Assembly (NCBI RefSeq): GCF_036321535.1
Contig: NC_087462.1
Coordinates: forward strand, 310,001 to 374,000
Length of the DNA stretch: 64,000 nucleotides
DNA from: Camelus dromedarius
Lineage: Eukaryota
Reading direction: 5' to 3'
The position numbers and the translations under genes are program-made. Positions 52,470 through 64,000 of the stretch are shown one piece after another. The number at the start of each line of letters is the position of its first letter. Position 1 is the first letter of the stretch. Below the pieces are notes generated by a model. It ran no database searches, was not told where the DNA came from, and saw only the letters and a program-made list of their open reading frames with translations.

Positions 52470-52642
52470 CTCTGGACTTTGTTTCTCGAGCCTGGGTGGG
52501 GCCCCAAGGAGGGGGTGCACCTGCTTCCCGGTACAGGGCCCTGTCCCCTGGCAACCTGGGGCCGGGCGGGGCCAGGAGGCCCCTGTGCCAGCCACGGAGC
52601 CAGAGCCAAGCTTGTAGGCTGCTGCGGGCTGAGAGCCGGTGG
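52470..52642 (+). promoter_or_regulatory. Candidate MISP promoter and non-coding exon 1
   Basis: HNF4 motif TGGACTTTG 52473-52481, KLF/GC boxes, strong donor GG|GTAAGG at 52643. TSS not determinable from sequence. Confidence 0.45.
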
Positions 52643-55600
52643 GTAAGGCTGGGGGGCCTGCGGGCAGGCTGGACTCAAAGGTTGGAAGGGCAGGGGTCCT
52701 GCAGAGGGGTGGGGTTGGCTTTGGGCAGGGGGTGGTGTGCTTGTGGCACCATCTGCTCACCTGTGGGGCCTTCAGGGTACGGGGAGGGAGCCTCAGTCCC
52801 CACCCCACCCCTCTCTGGGCACAGGGGGAGCCCAGGGGCTGGTGGAGGCCCCCTCTTGCTCTGCATCCCCAGGCTGGCTCTGTGCCCAGGGCTGTGTCCT
52901 TCCCACTCTGTTCCCAACCCTGAACCTTGCCAGGGCCCCAGTTTCCACCCCAGACATCAGGTCCCCAAATCCAAGAACCCTGAGCCCAGACCCTGTAAGG
53001 AAGGGGCCTGATTGGTGCCCCCCCAGGGCCAGAGGCACAGAGGCCTCACATTGGTTTCGGGAATTCTAAAGGGTTCTGGGGAGAAATCTTTCCAGCACCA
53101 GCCAGATCCTTGCTTGGGGGACCCTTGAGCGGCATATAACCCTTCCCCCCGCCACCATCAGGGTCTGGCTGGGGCTCACAGGAGGGGGCGTCCAGCCTCA
53201 GGAGGGCAGAGACTCAGTCCAGTGCTCAGGTGTGTCAGGGGTTGGGGGCTCTGCCCGGTCAGGGTCCCGGGAATGATAGCCCCAAGTGATGGAAGGAGAC
53301 CCCCCAGGAGCCCCTCCCTGCTGTGTAACCAGCCCTGTCTGAGCCCCAGGCCCCTGTAATAGGCTTTTGCCCCGAGGGCAGGAGGTCAGTTGCAGGGATG
53401 AGGAAGTAGGTGTGTAGCACCCAAGGCCATAAACCCAGTTTCAGTTTGGTATCAACACAGTGCACAGTGGGCTGGGGAGGAGCAATCCAGGGGGCTTCCT
53501 GGAAGAGGAGGTGACTGACCAGGAGTGAGGGCTCAGGCTTCAGAAACTGTTGTCTTGTCACTCACTATGTGACCTCTCTCTGTGCCTCAGTTTCCTCTGC
53601 TGTAAACTGGGGACAAGAAAGGCTCCCTTGTCACAGGCTCTTAAGAGAAGCAAACAGGGTGCTGGTGCGAGGTGCCCGATTACGAGGAGCCACGGGAGAG
53701 TGCTGGAGGCCCTGTGACCACTATTACCACTCATTTGCACAGAGCGTCCTGGGCCTCCAAGAAGGCATCTCCCCGTGGGGTGCCTCTGTGCTCTGCGTCT
53801 TGGGCTCCTTGTTACCCGCCCCTCTCCCCAGCCCTGTGGTGAGGGCAGCAGTGTCTCATTTTACAGATGGGGAGACTGAGGCTTTGCAAAAGAGAATGCC
53901 TGCCCCAGGGTCACTCTGAGATCAGTGTGGATCCAGGGTTTAAATAATAATACGAGCCACCACTGTGAAAGCGTTTATCTAGTGCTTGCTGTATACAAGG
54001 CACAGAGCACCAAATCTAGATGGCAGCCTTTTGGGGTGGTGGCCACGTGCTCTGGACTCTACCTCCCGTCCAGATGTGGACACTGAGGCCAGAGGGGAGC
54101 TGAGACTCGCTCAGGGACACAGAGGAGTGCATCCCTGAGGACTTCAACCCCACCCTGCTGGCCTCAGTGAATCACCCAGGAGGAATGAGCTGCCCCACCC
54201 ACAAGGAGACTTGACACCCTCTGGGAGTGAGGTTTTTTTCCTGGAGTTAATGTCCCATGTGTCTTATAAATCCTGCTGCACGAGCTTCCGGCCACTCATT
54301 AGGCAAACACGCATTCCTGCCACGCCTGCCCTCCCTGGGGAGCCCCAGGGCATGGGGACAGAGTGGGAGGCAGACCTGCCCAGCCCTCAGTGTCAGAGCT
54401 CGGAGCCTGATGGGAGGGGCAGCCAGATCTGTGGCTGGAATGAACCCAGGCCCTGGGCCCTGAGACCACGCCTTGCTCAGCCCGCCGTTATGGAGTGCCT
54501 GCTGTGTACCAGACCCTGGGCTGCAGGAGGAGATTCTCACCAGGGGCCCCTGGGAGGGAGAGAGGGTCCTGGCTGATGGCTTCAGGTGCGAGAAGACAGA
54601 TCTTAAATGACCGTATTCTCCTTTCAAAGACACATGCACCCCCAGTGACTTTCAAGGAAAAAGTCTCCACAGGGGACTGCGGGGTCAGTGGACAGAGGCT
54701 CAGCCCACTCGGCTGGGACTAATCGCTCAAGCCTGCTTGTCTTTAAAATCATTTTCCTAATGACAGTTTCAATATTTGATGCGCTGGAAAGACCATGAGG
54801 CACTAGTGTGAGGGTTGTAACGTTGTTCCCCACAATTGATTTTATGTTGCTTGATGCCACTTCTCCAGGTGAGGGAGGGTCTGCATTTTCCTTTACAAAA
54901 CTACATTCAGCTTTTACAAGCAAGTTGGTGTAAAAAGGCAGCGATGTGTCCAACAGCTCTGGTGGTACCGGGGTCCAAGGGCTGCTTGAGGAGTTGAGGG
55001 TGGTCCGCCTTCCTTTCCTTGGCTGTAAAAAGGCAATGCCTAATACTGTGCTAGGCTGGGTACACAGGAGAGGGCCAGGCAACAGGGTCTAAGGGCAGGG
55101 CAATCTGGAGGCTCCCTGGAGGAGCTGTCTTATGGGCTGTAGCTAACAAGACCGTGCAGGGGCAGAAATGAGGGTCCTCCAGGCAGAAGGAAGAGGGAGA
55201 AGTTTGGGTTTGAGGTCTGGTGCCTGCAGAGTTTGAGGGTTTGGGCTGAGGCCAGATGGTAGCCTTGAGAGCCCTGGGCAGAGTTTGAGAACTGCATCCC
55301 GGAGACGCCAGGAATCAGGGAGGCATGAGAGCAGGTGTATGACCTTCACAAAGGTTCCTTGAGCTGTGCTCAGTGGGAACCCAGATGGTTGGGAGGGGGA
55401 TTGGGCCAAGATGTCCCTTGGCCCAGCGAGACAAGGTCCAAGGCATTCCTTAGCTCATCCTGGCTTTATGGCACTAAGACAGGGGCTTGTCTGGGATGGG
55501 ACAAGGTGTCCCACTGGGCTGGTGCAAGGGAGAGAACCAGGTTGTGGAGGTCTTTGCCAGTCATTACCTCTCTCTGGGCCCCAACTTCCCCACTTGACAT

Positions 55601-56350
55601 CACCCAGCAAGGAGTGGTCCCACTGGGGCCATCTGCAAATGTTACATGACAAAAACCACATAAGGAACCTCAGGGTGTACATGCCCTGGGAGGGAGGCTG
55701 CCCTGGTGTGGCGCTGGGTCTAGACATGGCTAGCTGGGTGGGAGAAAGGAGGAGTGGAAGGAGAGGGGCAGAAGAGGCTGACTGCAAAAGGGTGTGCAGT
55801 GTCCAGGGGATGAGGTGGGAAAACGTTAAACACACAGGGAACAAGGTGTTGGGTCAGCACAGTGGTGCACAGGGATTCAGGTGTGTCTGGATCTAGGAGC
55901 TCAAATAATGTTTTCAGGATCCTGTGTTGGGGTTATGGATGCTCCTGAGCAAGCTCTGTCCATAGCGGACACATACGCCCCCCCCCCCACCAGTGGTTCT
56001 CGGTCTCATCTCACCAGCCTAACAAGCCCAGCAGGAAGAGGATCCAATTCTCCACATTAACTGCAAAGTCCCAGGGTTTTATGTCATTGGCCAGGTTGGG
56101 TCATATGTCCATCCCTGAAGCAATTACAGAGGCCAGAGGGCGGAACGCCCTGATTGGCAGGGCTGGGTCACTTACTCATCCCTGAACCAACAGTAGAGGC
56201 CACTGGGACAGGACTCTGCCCTTTAAGGGACCGGGAACTGTGCCTCTCCCCAAGTGCTCTGAGCTGGTGACCATCACGCCCTTCTTTGCCCTCAGTGAGC
56301 GCAGATTGTCTCCATCCTGGGAGCCGGTTGTGGGCAGAGACCCCCAGAAC

Positions 56351-59300
56351 ATGGACCGAGTGACCAGATACCCCATCCTCAGCATCCCCCGCTCATCCCG
56401 TGTGACCAGTGTGGCCCTCGATGGGGACACCAGCTACACTATTGAGCTGGTGGGCGTGGGGTCCATGGCCAGTGGCTGGGGCCAGGATAAGCCACAGGCA
56501 TGGCCCACTGACCATGAGGCCCGGCTGGAAATGGTGCAGACAGGGACGTCTCGCAGCCTGCATGCCTTCCCTGGCCAGCTGTCCCCATGGCCACCCTGCC
56601 CGGAGGACGATGAGGATGAGGAGGTGAAGGCCTACCACCTGGAGACCAGGGGCACCCAGCCCAGGCGGCCACAGGACCTGGAGCGAGAGCGCCGGGTGGT
56701 CATCCAGGGCCAGGCGGTCAGAAAGAGTGGCATGGTGGCCACACTCCATGGCACCCCTGACCACGGGGAACCCAGGACCCCCGGCCGACTGCAGGCCACG
56801 CCCCCAGAGGAGAACATGATCGACAGAGAGCAGATCGACTTCCTGGCAGCGAGGCAGCAGTTTCTGAGCCTGGAGCAGGCAAACCCCCCTGCCAGGCCAG
56901 CCTATGCGAATGCGGGGGCCCCTCGGAACCGCCCATCCGGGCCCAGCCAGGCCTCCAAGTCCCTGAACGGGCCACCCCTGCCCAATGGGTGTGTCACCCC
57001 AGTCAAGTCCCAGGTGAAGGAGGTGGTCGTGGAGGAGAAGAGGGTCCCTGGTTCGTCTGCCAGGTCTGGTGTCCCAGCCATGGACGACCCTGCTTCCCAG
57101 TCCCGCGCAGAGTCACCAGAGCCCCCCAAGGAGACGCCCATCGAGCGGGAGATCCGGCTGGCACAGGAGCGGGAGGCAGACCTCCGAGAGCGGAGGGGGC
57201 TGCAGCGGGTGTTCAGCCAGCAGGAGCTGGTGGAGATCCCCGCCAGGCCGCTGCTGACCAGGGTGAGCCTGGCTGCAGCCCCACAGCGGGGCAGGGGGCG
57301 CCCGTCTCTCTACGTGCAGCGGGACCTTGCGCAGGAGACGCAGCGCGAGGAGGACCACCGGCGGGAGGGCCTGCAGGTGGGCCGGTCGGCCACGCCTGAC
57401 TGCTTCTCTGAGGGCCCGCCACCTGGACTCAGGAGAGCCCACAGCTCAGACTCCATCCTGGGCCCAGCCCCCGACGCCAGGGCGGCCAGCCCTGCTCCCG
57501 AGGTGAGGAAGGTGAACCGCATCCCACTTGATGCCTACCAGCCGTACCTGAGCCCCAGAACGCCCCCAGTAGAGTTCCCAGCCTTCCGTGCGAATCTCAA
57601 GCCCAGCAGCCTCCCTGCAGATAAGGCCAGGGCCGGGAGCGCTCCACAGGCCGCAGTGGCGCAGAGCCTTCTCTCGGAATCCTCTGGAGAACCCTCGGGC
57701 ACAAGGCAGGTGCCCCCCAGGGGCCCCCTGCACCCCAGAGGGCTTGTGCGCCATGAGTACTTCCTCCTGCGCCCCCTGAGGTTTGCGGTCCCGGGTGTGC
57801 CTGAGAAAGCTGAGGCCCCCCGAGTTTGGGGCTGGGAGGTGGCCGGGGCCCCGGCACTGAAGCTGCAGAGGTCCCAGTCATCTGAGCTGCTGGAGAGGGA
57901 GGTGGAGAGTGTCCTGCGGCGGGAGCGGGAGGTGGCCGAAGAGCGGCGGAGTGCTCTGTTCCCGGAGGTCTTCTCCCCACCCCTGCCGGATGAGTGCTAC
58001 GACCAAGACTCCAGGAACTCCTCCCAGGCATCTGGTAAGGAGGGATCCCAGGCGTGGCGGGTTTGCTCGGGGCCTCAGATGCGGAAGTGGAGGGGTGGGG
58101 GGATGTCAGGAGAGGCTTTGGCTGGGGGGACATTCGCGGGGGGGGCAGTTGTCCCCTACCCCAGTTGGCTGGTCTGTCTGCCTGTCTGTCTGCTTCAGCA
58201 GTAGATTTTGGAGAAAGTAGTTGACTTGCCTTGGGGTTTTTCATTTTATGGGTTTTGACACTTTGTTATTAGGCGCATAAAGGTTTACACGTGTTCTATC
58301 CTCTTGGTCAATTTTCGTCAAGACGAAATACCCCCCATGCCACTTTCAATGTTTTTCTCCTTGTATGATCAGCCCATCTATCTGTCCAAGCTGTTAGTTT
58401 TCCCAACCAGCTGTCTGCTCCGTCTGTCTGTCTGTCTGTCCACTTACCCATCTCGTTAACTGGCCCAGCCTCTCCTCCGCCAGAGACTCTATGCCTCTCC
58501 GGCTGGAGTCTGGCTCTGGGGCCCCCCCCCCGATGTTCCTTCCTTCCCCTCACCCCCAGGCATCACGGGCAGCTGCGCAGTGTCTGAGTCACACTTCTTC
58601 ACCCCAATTCACCTGCACTCGGGCCTGGCGTGGACAGTGGTAGAGGCCCCGGCTGAGGCTGCCCCTCCACAGAGAAAGAAGAGGGAGCAGTGGGTGAGTC
58701 TCAAGCCCTGCCGTCCCCCTGCATGCCTGGCCAAGATCGGACACCCCTCATTAGGGCAAGGGAGGCTCCAGTGTGAGCTGGGTTTGAGTCCTGCCTTCTT
58801 CATGGCCCACCCCCAAGTGACTGCGCCTCCGTGTCCCCCACACGTGAGGAGCAGAAGGGGTAAACGGGGCATCCCTTCCCATCTGGACCATGTACATACG
58901 CAGGGTCCCCACGGTGAGCCGAAGGCTGAGGTGAGCTCTGCTTGGAGGAGGAGTCAGAGCAATCTATCAAATCATCCTCATTATTTCAATGTGTTTATTA
59001 CCAACATCATTTGGGGGGGCAGGGAAGGTAATTAGGTTTATTTATTGTGTGTTTGTTTGTTTATTGGAGGCACCGGGGACTGAACCCAGGACATCGTGCA
59101 TGCTGAGCACGCGCTCCACCACTGAGCTACACTCTCCTCTCCTTGTTATTTTTGATTATTACCTGCACCTCACGTGGGACGTGCTCAGGGGTCTGCACGT
59201 GCTGTGGCTTTAACACCCTGGAGAGATGTTTTGCCCCCTGTTTTTTTAGAGAAAGCCAAAGTCACGCACGCGCAGGGTCACATGGCCAGGTCCCCAAGCC

Positions 59301-60563
59301 AGGACTTGAGCCCAGGCCTGGCTCTGAACCCCACATTTGCAGCCACGAGGCTGCCTCCTCCCTGGGTGGGTATTGTTGGCACCAGGGAGAAAAACACTGC
59401 CCCCAGGCTCGCCCACCTGGCGGTCACAGCCTGGCCTGGTGGTTTGGGGCAGAGTGGAGCCCAGGGACCTGGGTTCAAGTCCCAGCCCTGCCACTGGCTG
59501 GCTGTATGATGTTGGGCCCCTCTCTGATCCTCAGTCTCCTCCTCTGCAAAATGAGCATGGTAATGAGAACAGACTCCTTCAAACCTTCGAGGGCCTGGTG
59601 GCAGCAAGAGCTCCATAAATGTCAATTGTCTTTATTACAAGGAAGTTTACAAAGAGAAAACAGTTGCAAATGATGGCCCAAGGCATCCCCAAGGGGACTA
59701 GTGTGAGGGAACAGCCTGGTGGATGGCTCTGAGTTTGGGGTGACCAAGTGGCACTGGGGGGACCACTGTGGCCCGGGATCGCTTCCCTTCTGCCCTAAGT
59801 AGTGACTGAGTGGGCTCTGGGGTGGGACAGGGTGGAAGACCCCAGGGGATGACGTCTGTTCCTCCCTGCAGTATGCTGGCATCAGCCCCTTGGACCACAT
59901 TAACTCGGAGGTGAGTGTGCTCCCAGGGGCAAGGACCCCTCTGCCCAGGAGCGAGGAGGGCTGTATGGCTGGAGCGGTTCCCTCCCGCATCTGTGCTCCC
60001 TGCTCAGGTGCACTGGGGCCACCAGAAGCTTTTCTTCTGGATGGTGGGGGTCGGGGGGCTTCCCTGGATGGCTTCTCGATGTAGTGTCTGCCTGCGGTGC
60101 ATTTTGCTGTGATCCACTTTTGATGAAAGGCAGACCATGGGCTGCCTGTTTACCAGATGGTTTGGGGGCAGACGTGGCACAGGACAAGGGCATTTCCTTT
60201 GAGAGACGGGCTCTCCTGGGAGTGTAGGAGGCCAGGCACCTCCGTGGATTTGTGGGATCCGGCGTGGCCCTCTTTGACTCGGGCATGTCCCCTGCTGTGG
60301 AGCTGGGCAGGAGTGAGCACAGTCCTGGGCGCTATTACGAGGAGCAGAGGGTCTGACAAGAGGAGGGGATGGTCCTGCTTTACCCTGTTCTAGGCCTCTC
60401 CTGTGAGTCAGCTGTTGGGGGAGATGTCTTGGGAGGTTAGGACCTGATGGGGACCCCGTGCCTCCTCTGGCAGGTCCTGGAAGCCACGCGGGTGACCCGC
60501 CACAAGAACGCCATGGCTGAGCGCTGGGAAGCCCGCGTCTACACCAGTGAAGACGAGGGCTGA
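56351..60563 (+). CDS. MISP: Mitotic spindle positioning protein, 648 aa; join(56351..58034,58560..58693,59872..59910,60474..60563)
   Basis: MDRVTRYPIL start, DREQIDFLAARQQFLSLEQ, ETPIEREIRLAQEREADL, C-terminal RHKNAMAERWEAR. Exon-2 acceptor TTTGCCCTCAG ends at 56295. 1947 nt in frame. Confidence 0.96.
59011..59138 (-). mobile_element. tRNA-Ala-derived SINE, camelid (Vic-1-like), more diverged copy
   Basis: GGTAATTAGGTTTATTTATT..GGGACTGAACCCAGGACATCGTGCATGCTGAGCACGCGCTCCACCACTGAGCTACA. No clear TSD seen. Confidence 0.85.
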
Positions 60564-61076
60564 GCCTGGGGCCGGACCCGCGCCCGCCCTGCCTGCCTTG
60601 TGGGAGCGGCCAGCACCCGGCCTTGGGACACGGGTTCCTGTTCAAACCCACAGATCCCCTGCCCACAGCCCCGAGGGCAGATACACTTGGGGCTGGGGAG
60701 TTCTCTTTTCCATTTTTCTTTTCCTGGAGAAATTGTTGTGCTTTCTGGGTCTCGAGTTGGGGATGACACTCTGCTTCTACGATTTTGCCAAATGCTTCTG
60801 GGGCCAAGAAGGAAGGAGACCAGCCGCCTCACGTCCAGATGTAATAGTTTCTGCTAGTCTGAGAGGGGAGATGCTCAGCCCCTCCCCTGGGGAGCCTCTA
60901 GTCTGAGGGCAGAGGCCTGAGCGCCCCACCTGAGGGTCTCTGTGCTGCTTTCAAGCCCCCTCCGAGGCACAGCATGGCTCTGACATTACAGGATCCTGTG
61001 GGGAAGACCCCTCCCTCCCTGGCTGAGGAAAGGGCTGGATTTGGGGGCTGAGGCAGGTCCTTCCGCTCCACCTTGA

Positions 61077-61082
61077 AATAAA
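61077..61082 (+). terminator. MISP polyadenylation signal
   Basis: AATAAA about 510 nt after the stop. Confidence 0.7.
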
Positions 61083-62209
61083 GCAAGTTTCTGGCCCCTG
61101 GACCCCACCTGGAGTGGGTGGCTGTGCTGAGCCTCCCCTCCGTCTGTGTCATTTCTCTTGGTGACGCTCACTGCTTCCAGGCGGCTGTGTCCTGTCCCCG
61201 CCCCACCACAGGCTGTCCCAGTCACCTCCCAGCGTGTGGCCTGCAGAAGGTGCTCAATCCACACTTGTCCAGCGAGCGAGTGAATGTCTTCGGTAACACC
61301 AGGCCCGTTCTTCTCCCTGTGGCTGAGTCTGTGTCCCGCCCGGCTTCAGGGGAGGTTGGAGGGGTCGTTAGTTGGCCCTGCCTGGCAGACAAGATGGTTC
61401 TGGGCAAGGCTGTGGTGTTGGACCTAAACCCGGCCCTGCTGTCACCCGCGGTGTGGCCGTGGGGGTCCTCCCACCACCCTGCCTTGGTTTCCCTGCCACA
61501 CGCAAGGATGGGGTTGGGACCAGCCCCTGGGCAACCTGGACCTCAGGTTGACCCCGACAGCAGCCCCACACCACTGCCCCGATGTCCTCAAGCAGCTGGT
61601 GACAACCCACCCTGGCAGGGCCCATCCCCTCCTGCTGCCCCTGGCCCCGCAGCCTCCTTCCTGTGCCTTCCTCTGCAGCCCCCCTGGGGAAAACCACTTA
61701 CAGCTATTTTAAGAGCTCCAGCTTGAAAACAGTCCGCACTGGGCTCAGGAGGCAGCTTGGCTTGCAATAGGTGAGGTGGGGCAGGGCTCTGCGAGCCCCA
61801 GGGCACCCAGGGCAAGGGGGTAGGTGAGGTCGAGGGGGGGCTGCAACAGACAGAAGAGAGAGAGCCTCAGGGAGGGGGCGGAGTCTCTGTCCGGGGGACC
61901 CCAGTCTGAGGGAGGGGCATCCGCTGTCAGGGAGACCCCAGTCTGGGAAGGAGGCAGGGTCTGTGTCTGGGGAGAGCTTGCAGCATGCCCCTCGGTGGCC
62001 AAGATCAGCCTCTTCTCTGGGGTTCGGGCAGTTCTTCCCCACCCGCCCTTCAGGAAGGCAATTTTGAAGCCCCAAATACAACCTGTCAGAGTCTCACCAG
62101 GTCCTCCACAATCTCCTACCACGTCCTCTCCCTGGTGCCGATGGGCCTGTCCCCTGGTCGCACTGCTCTGAGGATGTGCGTCTCCTGGGGCGGATGGAAC
62201 AAGTCACCA

Positions 62210-62595
62210 CAAGCAGGTGCAGGCAGATTTGCTCTCTGACGGTCCTGGAGGTCCGGAGTCCGACTCGGGTCTCACAGGGCTAAACCCAGGCCTGGGCGGG
62301 GCTGGTCCCTCCGGAGGCTCCAGGGAGAATCGGCTCCTGCCTCTTCCAGCTTTTAGAGGCGCCGCATCCCTGGCTCGCGGCCCCTCCCTCCATCCTCACC
62401 GCCAGCAGCGCAGCATCTCCCGTCTCCTTCTGATGAGGACCCTGTGATGGCACGGGGTCCCTCAGGATCCAGGGTCACCCCCATCCCGGGGAACTTAACC
62501 CCACCTGCAGAGTCCCCTCTGCTGTGCGAGATGACACGTCCTCAGTTCCCAGGTGCAGGACAGGGACATCTTTGGAGCTGTTATTCTGCTGACCA
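62210..62595 (+). mobile_element. MLT1-type LTR, GC-shifted
   Basis: Colinear with the 21655-22085 copy; ends GGACATCTTTGGAGCTGTTATTCTGCTGACCA. Confidence 0.75.
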
Positions 62596-62855
62596 GACAA
62601 AGGAAGACAAATACTGTCTGAGTCCCCTCACAGGAGGTCTCTGGAGGAGTCAGATCCACGGAGACAGGAAGTAGAGGGTGGGGCCGGAGCTGGGGGAGGG
62701 GAGGGGGACTGTTTCATGAAAACTGAATGTTTTCAGTTTGGGAAGATGAGAAAGTTCTGGAGATAACGGTGGGGAGGGTCACACGACAATGTGTTTGTGC
62801 TTAATGCCACCAAGATGTGCACTTTTATGTGTGTAATTTACCATAATTAAAAAGA
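62596..62855 (+). mobile_element. L1M 3'-end fragment
   Basis: CAGACAAAGGAAGACAAATACTG..GATGAGAAAGTTCTGGAGAT..TAATTTACCATAATTAAAAAG. Confidence 0.75.
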
Positions 62856-63789
62856 GAGAGAGAGGAAAGGGTTCTCCCTCCTGAAGCCTCAGAAGGGTCT
62901 TGGGAAGGATCCAGGGACTCTACCGTTTAATGCCTTAAGGACATGAGGGATGTCCCAAAAATCGCGTCCTTGACGTTCTTCATTCATCCTGGCCCGCAAG
63001 CTGGATGCGGCCGGTGGAAATGTCTTGTTCTGAGGACTCACTTTTCACCGAATTCTTCTCCTGGGCAGCGCCCTTAGAGGACACAGAGAGGATTCTATCC
63101 ACCTGCCGGGCTGGCGTCCCAGGAGGTGCTCCGAGAGGTTGCGATGAATTCTTAGCAGATTCCCAGAGGAGGGCAGGTCCGTCTGGCCAGCGGTGGGCAC
63201 TTCTGAGCCGGCTCCGGAACGGAATGGGGACAGAGCTGCGCATTCTTTCCTGGTCTCCTCCCAGCTAGCTGTGCTAGGATCCGGGGACGGGGGGCACTCT
63301 CCCCAAGGCCGTCAGAAAGGCTGAAATATAAACCAAGTTTCTAACTGAAAAGCCAGAGCCCTTCCTTGCTCTCAGCACTTTCCCATCTCCTGTCTCCTCG
63401 GCGCTGCTCTTATTTGATGAACTCCGGCAAGACTGCCGCAGGCGGGGGTCAGGATCCAGGAGCAGGGCTCCAAGCTCGCCCCACCGCCCCCGCCCCGTGC
63501 AAGCCCGCCAGCTTCCCCGTGGGACCCCGTCCCAGCCCTTAGTGCTCCCTCCGCAGCCGCTGTGACCTCAGGACTCTGCGGTGGCCTGTGGGGGTGCTGC
63601 CTGGCCTAGTGATCCCCCTCCCACATCTGGAGTCAGGCTGTTTCCCGATGAGGTTCACACGTGTCAGCACAGCAGGGAGCCTGGATGGGGGGGCTCTTTG
63701 GCCATAGCCGGGAAGTTAATTTTCAACTACTAGGATGTGTTAGTGGGTGGCTTAAGGACTGGGCATTGATTACTTCAGAAAAGGACCTT

Positions 63790-64000
63790 TTGGCAGATTG
63801 GCGGTATCAGCTGCAAAACAAACGAGCCCACTCAGCGGCTTTAAAGCACCCATTTGTTTTCCAACAGCTTCTGAGGGTCAGAAGCCCAGCGCAGTGCGGT
63901 TGGGTCCTCTGCTCAGGGTCGCACTCAGGGGTCGTCGGCTGGGCTGCGTTCTCGTGTGCAGGCATTCACTTCCAGGTGCCTTCGGCTGTAGGACGGAATT
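63790..64000 (+). mobile_element. MLT1-type LTR, runs off the window
   Basis: GCGGCTTTAAAGCACC..CTTCTGAGGGTCAGAAGCCCAG..GGGTCCTCTGCTCAGGGTC. Confidence 0.55.

Noticed and set aside
54560-55080. AT-richer segment with a 152-aa minus-strand ORF
   Set aside because: No recognisable protein motif; probably an old repeat remnant or enhancer that I cannot assign.
55718-55725. Second GTCTAGAC in MISP intron 1
   Set aside because: About one is expected by chance per window, and I have no independent support.
56240-58204. 654-aa ORF as the full MISP protein
   Set aside because: It starts at a GTG upstream of the acceptor and runs past the GTAAGG donor at 58035. The spliced model gives the conserved C-terminus.

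Overview
GC-rich mammalian genomic window with gene order RNF126(-, exon 1 only), FSTL3(+), PRSS57(-), PALM(+), MISP(+), the same order as human 19p13.3. Three tRNA-Ala-derived SINEs with a TAAATAAA..CCTAATTACC tail suggest a camelid (alpaca, llama or camel); this is inference. I built exon structures by hand from GT/AG sites and reading frame: FSTL3 262 aa, PALM 386 aa, MISP 648 aa, PRSS57 268 or 278 aa depending on an anomalous exon-2 acceptor. The rest is CpG islands, MIR/L2/L1/MLT1/MER58 remnants, a 13-copy G-run minisatellite and a 133-nt N gap. I found no prokaryotic, CRISPR-like or otherwise foreign system. The best leads are: the PRSS57 exon-2 acceptor (GA where AG is needed), a diverged RNF126 N-terminus, a degenerate copy of the FSTL3 exon-3 end, an in-frame stop-free FSTL3 intron 4, near-identical patches between distant ancient repeats, and the PALM intron-8 VNTR. 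All human comparisons are from recalled sequences, not alignments run here.
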